This document shows, in pieces, positions 1 through 64,000 of a stretch of DNA of 64,000 bases. How positions within the stretch are numbered: position 1 is the first letter of the stretch; each line of letters opens with the position of its first letter. The notes beneath the pieces are model-generated. The model had not been told where the DNA came from and did no database searches. It saw only the letters and a list, made by a program, of their open reading frames with translations. Source of the DNA: Octopus sinensis (taxonomy: Eukaryota). Location of the stretch: assembly GCF_006345805.1 (NCBI RefSeq), contig NC_043013.1, positions 13,082,001 to 13,146,000 of the forward strand, given 5' to 3'. The position numbers and the translations under genes are program-made.

Positions 1-1075
1 CTTAGAGCACGCATCCTAGCTCTGACAACACACCCTTCGTGTTTGGCGTTGAAGTGTTGGTCGAGGGCCAACCTCGCCGCCAAAACGTCGGATGCGATGC
101 CGCTTCTAATTGCCTCTTCTAGCTTCTTAACTAGCTCACCCTCTACTCTATTTCTATCTATGGCTAGTGCTTTGCTGTGCCTAATCGCTTCTGCTTTTAC
201 TGCTCTCTTGAGGGCAAACCACCATTTGTTGTTGATGATGGCTCCCGTTAAAGCCCTCTTTACTAGTGTGCTAATCCGGTCTCTGAAAACCTGTCTCGAT
301 GGGAAAGACACGTTTAGTTTCCAGTATCCGGGACCCTGCCTATGTGTCTTACCTAAATCTAGCGTACATGTCACAAGTTTGTGATCCGTGTAGCTGACTA
401 TGTGGAATTGTGGACATCCTATACTATCTCTATCTACTGTCCTACACAGTATCCTATCTAGATACGATCTCGACGACCCGATGCGGTTGCTCCATGTCCA
501 TGTTGGCGCATTCGGGTAGTCTAGTCGGAACCTGTCAGACAGTTGAAAGCGTCTGAGCAGGTCTCTGAGGCATTTGCATCCCCGTCTATTCCTATCTCTG
601 CCCACGTAGTCTACATGCGTGTCCAAGGTAACATTCCAATCCCTCACTAAGAGTAAAGGACGAGACGTTCCCAAGAATACTTCTAGACGTTGAAAGAAAT
701 CCGCCCGACCTGTTAAGGGCGGTGCGTAGACTGATACGAGTCGAAAAGCGCACCCATTGCTGCCGTCGACATCCAGGATGACTAGTCTACCCTCCGGCTC
801 TACGAATATTGTCTTTACTTTGAGATCCAGACTCTAGCGAAAAAGTACTGCGGTGCCACTACCGCCCATTCTTGGCAGACAGGAGGAAAAATAAATATTG
901 AACTGTCCGCCAAACATGGTCTTTAGGGCCCGCGGATTGTGGAGTCTGGTGTCACTTATGGCTATGATTTCTAACTTGTGTGACTTTATGTCATTTAAGA
1001 GGTACCCTTGTTTCCAAGGGGACCCCAAGCCACACGCATTTACACAACCAATCTTGATAATAATCCTAATGAATT
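1..1075 (-). mobile_element. L1/Tx1-clade LINE ORF2 5' part (APE endonuclease and linker), continuing off the window edge
   Basis: Minus frames give IKIGCVNACGLGSPWKQ...IAISDTRL, GGSGTAVLFR, GYWKLN and HEGCVVRAR; frames are disrupted. Confidence 0.8.
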
Positions 1076-1077
1076 AT

Positions 1078-1118
<41 letters not shown>

Positions 1119-1463
1119 AGGGGAGAGAGAAAGAGAGAGAGAAGATGGTAAAGTGGTTAACATCCAGGGGTTATGAGTTCAAACCCATTGCTGACATTTG
1201 TTATGTTTCTATGTAGATAGTTACATTTTATATTGTCACAACTCAGCTCTAAGGAATTAGTTCCAGAACAATTCGGTTCAGTCACATACTAGAACAACAG
1301 TTGACTCTATCTACTTTACTCTTGTCTCCTCAACAGGGAGACATCTTTATTGGATTGTATGTGTATGTTAAAGGAATTTTCAAAATATTTGTTCATTCTT
1401 AGATTGCTTCTTATTTGCAGATTTAGTTTTAATTCTTAATTTTTTTTTTCTTTTTATTATCAG

Positions 1464-59969
<58,506 letters not shown>

Positions 59970-61279
59970 GTAATTGTTTTAATGCTTTTAAATATTTTTA
60001 TTGATAATACTTGTCTGTAGAAATTTTATTGAATAATCAGTTCATGATTTCGGCAATATATTTGTATAAGCAACGTTTTAAATGCTTTTTGTGAATGTTT
60101 TTACATACCCTTTTCTTTTTTGTACAGTTGGTTTTTATATTTCATATTGGTGTGTATGAATTATTAGTAATACACATACACTTAATGATTCTGAAAAGAA
60201 AGAAGCATAAAAGAGCTATCATTAAAGGTGGTGATTGTAGTGAAAAAAATGTCTTCGCAACATCGACTCAACAGAGGATCTAGTCTTTCTAGTTGGCAGC
60301 ACTGAAGAATATAAATGCATGCGAATATCCATGAATCATTAGGAACGATTGCTATAATGCTTAAAATACTTGGCTGTATGAGATATGGCTTTGTTACTTC
60401 TATAGTGAATCAGATTATAGATGAAGGTGAGATTCCCAGTGAATGAAATTACAGCATAACAGCCAACTGTTGCAATGGTAAAGCAGATGCTAGAAAAAGA
60501 TAAATATACAGAAGTATCAAACTGCTGGACAAGGGTACAAAAGTTATGGAAACAACGAACGATCAAGTTAATAGATGAAAAGTTAGACTAGATGAGATAT
60601 AGTTTGGTTTGGTTGCTTTCTATAGACAAGTATTAAAAATGCCCTGTTTGGGTGAGGTAAGTGCAAGAGAAGTATCTGGCTAAAATTGTGTTCAATGACC
60701 TGTAGAAAACCTTTGACAGAGATCCTTACTCTCTCTCTGATCTGGTGGTCACAGAGGAAACTGGCAGTTGATAGCCATACAAACCATGTACAGAGGTGCT
60801 GTTAGAAATTCCATACAGTGTAATTAGTGCAAATTATAGAAACACAAGTCTTGCAATAGTAGCAGAGTGTAAATACTTAATGAAGGTCAAAACAAATATA
60901 CATGATTAACAATTTAGTCATTTTTATAAAACCTCGGTATGACTAAACTTTCAATCATGGATATTTCTTATGATCTTCAGCGAAAATTTAGACTTATATT
61001 ACATTCTGGCTCTGTGAAACTCATTGGAATTTGTGTGAACATCCGAAAATTTGATCATTTAAACAAGTTTTTCCGAATTTTGCTTTGTACATATAAACTT
61101 ACACCCAAACCTTTTATTATTTATTTATTTTTACCACTGATATACAAAACGTTGTTGAACCAGCTTGATATTTGAATAAATGTATTACAAAATTTTGAAA
61201 CACCCACACAATTTGAGATTTAGATGCATTTTCAAACCCCAAATAAATTCTGTCATATATATATATATATATATATATA

Positions 61280-61640
61280 TAACTTTCTCCAGAATATTCT
61301 TATTCTAGCAGATACGCTCACAGAGCATCCACCCCCACTACTGTCTTGGTCACATAGGTAACAGAAGATATCAACTACTTCAAGTTTTTTACCCTAGCAT
61401 GTGATGGAATCTGTTTTCTGTGCATTTTCGTTGTTTATTGCACTTGTGCAGCTTCCACACACAGAAACTATCTTCCCATGTAACTTTCCTTTGATATTGC
61501 TGTACCTCTTATGTGTCTATAGCTTACAACAGGTACATCTTATAGGTTTTCTACCTACGCCTTTTCTACAGATCAAGCAGGGCCATCTACTCGAAGGGTT
61601 TGTGTTTTGTCCGCCTTATATATATGTAAATCCTGAAAAC
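61280..61640 (-). mobile_element. RTE fragment containing the same PHD finger as 43378-43515
   Basis: WPCLICRKGVGRKPIRCTCCKL*THKRYSNIKGKL..VCGSC. Confidence 0.8.
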
Positions 61641-62569
61641 ACATAAATTCATGAAATGCAAAAAGCAACACAAATCGCTAAAGTGACTTCTAACAATTGC
61701 GAAGCTTTACACAACAACCACGAAACCAATGGTTAAAAATATAAACGCCCAAACTGTGCAACATACTCCAATCTACTTGAAGGCTCGAATTTCCTTTCCA
61801 AACAAGGAGAGGGGTCACAATTTAAATCAATTTTACTTATGCTTCTAAGAATCTAATTTATGTAATAACCTGCTCGGATTGTGGACATAACTATATAGAA
61901 CAGACAAGTATGACATTGAGATTGAGAACCACTTTACATAAAGAACAGATCCGATTCCCGTAATACAGACAGATTCCTTTAAGAGAACACATAGAGAGAT
62001 GTGCAGGTAACATCAAACCAGATTTCACAGTTTTCCCTTCTACCAGCGCAACAATACAATTTCTATACAAATAAAGAAAATTTATTCAACGAAAAATACA
62101 GAACACATCTAAATATGCACGCATAACCAGCTTTGTTCTCTATACATATTTTGACTCAAGATTGCATTACCATCACTGTACATATTTCTCCCCACTACTC
62201 TAGCTTTTGAAATTTTGTGTATATATTTCCCTCCCCCGGCACCGAAAGATGAACAGTTATCTTCCCTGTCCACAATGATAACGATCACCAATTACCTCCC
62301 ATTAGAATTTTATACTTGTTGAATCATTCATTCATAGATAAAGAAAATTTTCTTAAGAAAATACGTAATTAAAATAATTTTAATGTCATGATTAGCTAAA
62401 ACGAAACCAGTCGACAAACAACATAAAATATATTTTAAAAAAACTAAAACTATGTAAAGTGTGTGCATTTTCCTTCTTTAATTTCTTATATATATTACAG
62501 CTTACCACGTGAGGATAATTGAAATTCCACCCTTTCTGTTACTAAATACACACACACATATCTATATAT

Positions 62570-62620
<51 letters not shown>

Positions 62621-62622
<2 letters not shown>

Positions 62623-62770
62623 CGCAGGAATTACTGTGTAGTAAGTAGTTTGCTTATCAACCACATTGTTCCGGGTTCAGTCCCATTGCGAGGCACCTTG
62701 GTCAAGTATCTTCTGCTATGGCCTCGAGCCAAGCAAAGCCTGAAAGGAGCTTTGAAAGAAGCCTGTCCTA
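62621..62770 (+). mobile_element. tRNA-derived SINE between two (TA)n tracts
   Basis: ggcgcagg..ctgtgtagtaag..ccgggttcagtccca..ggcaccttgg. Confidence 0.75.
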
Positions 62771-62771
62771 C

Positions 62772-62841
<70 letters not shown>

Positions 62842-63439
62842 TATTATGAATTATTATAATTTTTCTATTGAGAAAGGAGCCGGTTTCCAACAAAGATACC
62901 AGGCTCCATCTTCGAGATGTAGTTAACACAGACAAATTCACATTTGGAACTTGAGAAAAGTCTTGCATATTTTTACTGTTCCACTCACAGATTGAACTTG
63001 TAATCTACGAATCAGCCAGTCAAAATGCTCTTTCGGAAAATCTCAATTTATCCAGATTCTCTTTGTATTTATGTATGTATGTACTTATGTTCACACGCAT
63101 GCATGTACTTATGTTTTGTGTCTATGTAATTATTGATTCTTGTATCTACCACTTGGACAATAATCTATTTTATTGTAATGATGTAATGAATTATGTCGAT
63201 CTTAACTGAATTATAATTATTCTCAACGATATACCTCATTGATATTAGAATTTTATTCTGTTGTAGCAGAACTATTGGAATAAGTATTACAAAACAGAAC
63301 AGAGATTACAGAAAATTTTGTAGAAAATAATTGCATCAAGAAATGGCTAATTCTAAATTTTATATTCATGACTAATTCTAAGGTCTGGCCATATGGTGCC
63401 AAAGTAGCTTATATGTAGTTTAGATCCAAGAGAGTCTAA

Positions 63440-64000
63440 CCGTTTGATGCTTCGCTCCTGGTATGGCTACTTCATGCTGGAGGCAGGACTTCTGAAAAGG
63501 TTTCAGACTAACTGTGTCCCACAGTGTGTCGGCACATCGCCAAGATAGCAGGACCATCATCCGTCTGAAGAAATCAGACTGTCCAACATCGGAACAGACA
63601 CATGCATGTCACTGACCAATGAGTAATCAACTTACGCTACAAAAGACGTGCTACTAAATGGAATGTCTTGTTGCTCATTCGTCCAGGAGAAGCCATTCTG
63701 CTATCCCAGGAGTTTCTTCTAGAGAGGCCCCGACGACAGAACAGGTCTATGTGGTGTGACATTAGTCGTGCCCAAGTACATCTGCAATTACTCATAGGAT
63801 GGAACCCGGTGAATGATCGTTTGCTGTCCACCTGTTTTCCTCATTGCCTATACCCCACAGACTTCGCAGAGAAGACAGTCAAGGGCGACTACTGCAACCA
63901 ACTCCAAAAGTTTTAGGACCAGTCCCCACCACGATATCACCCCACCCCCTGACGGACATCAGTGCTGCCATCTCTTCTGCCAGGTTCCCTTCGACAAACT
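63440..64000 (+). mobile_element. RTE LINE 5' part at the site paralogous to 16160
   Basis: Similar to 16180-16700 and follows the same AT-rich flank (63170-63370 vs 15960-16150). Confidence 0.7.

Overview
AT-rich animal genomic DNA. It is most likely a coleoid cephalopod (Octopus-like), inferred only from my recognition of the SINE/RTE repeats and the long (TA)n tracts. Most of the window is intron, filled with decayed retroelements (L1/Tx1, R4/Dong-like, Penelope-like, RTE, CR1-like, SINEs), Helitron remnants and microsatellites. Fourteen short + strand exons with canonical AG/GT sites splice by hand into one stop-free frame of 1539 nt (513 codons). The product is not an ordinary TRPM channel N-terminus. 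It is a head-to-tail array of the TRPM MHR1/2 (SLOG, nucleotide-ligand-binding) module plus the first MHR3 exon. The array comprises the end of unit A (exons 7-9), a complete 9-exon unit B (355 aa) and the start of unit C (exons 1-2), with a genomic period of about 43-46 kb. No start codon, stop codon, MHR4 or transmembrane exon was found between units. The paralogous exons differ mostly by amino-acid-changing substitutions, including at a position equivalent to the ADP-ribose-binding R358 of human TRPM2. All alignments and counts were done by eye; no database search was run.
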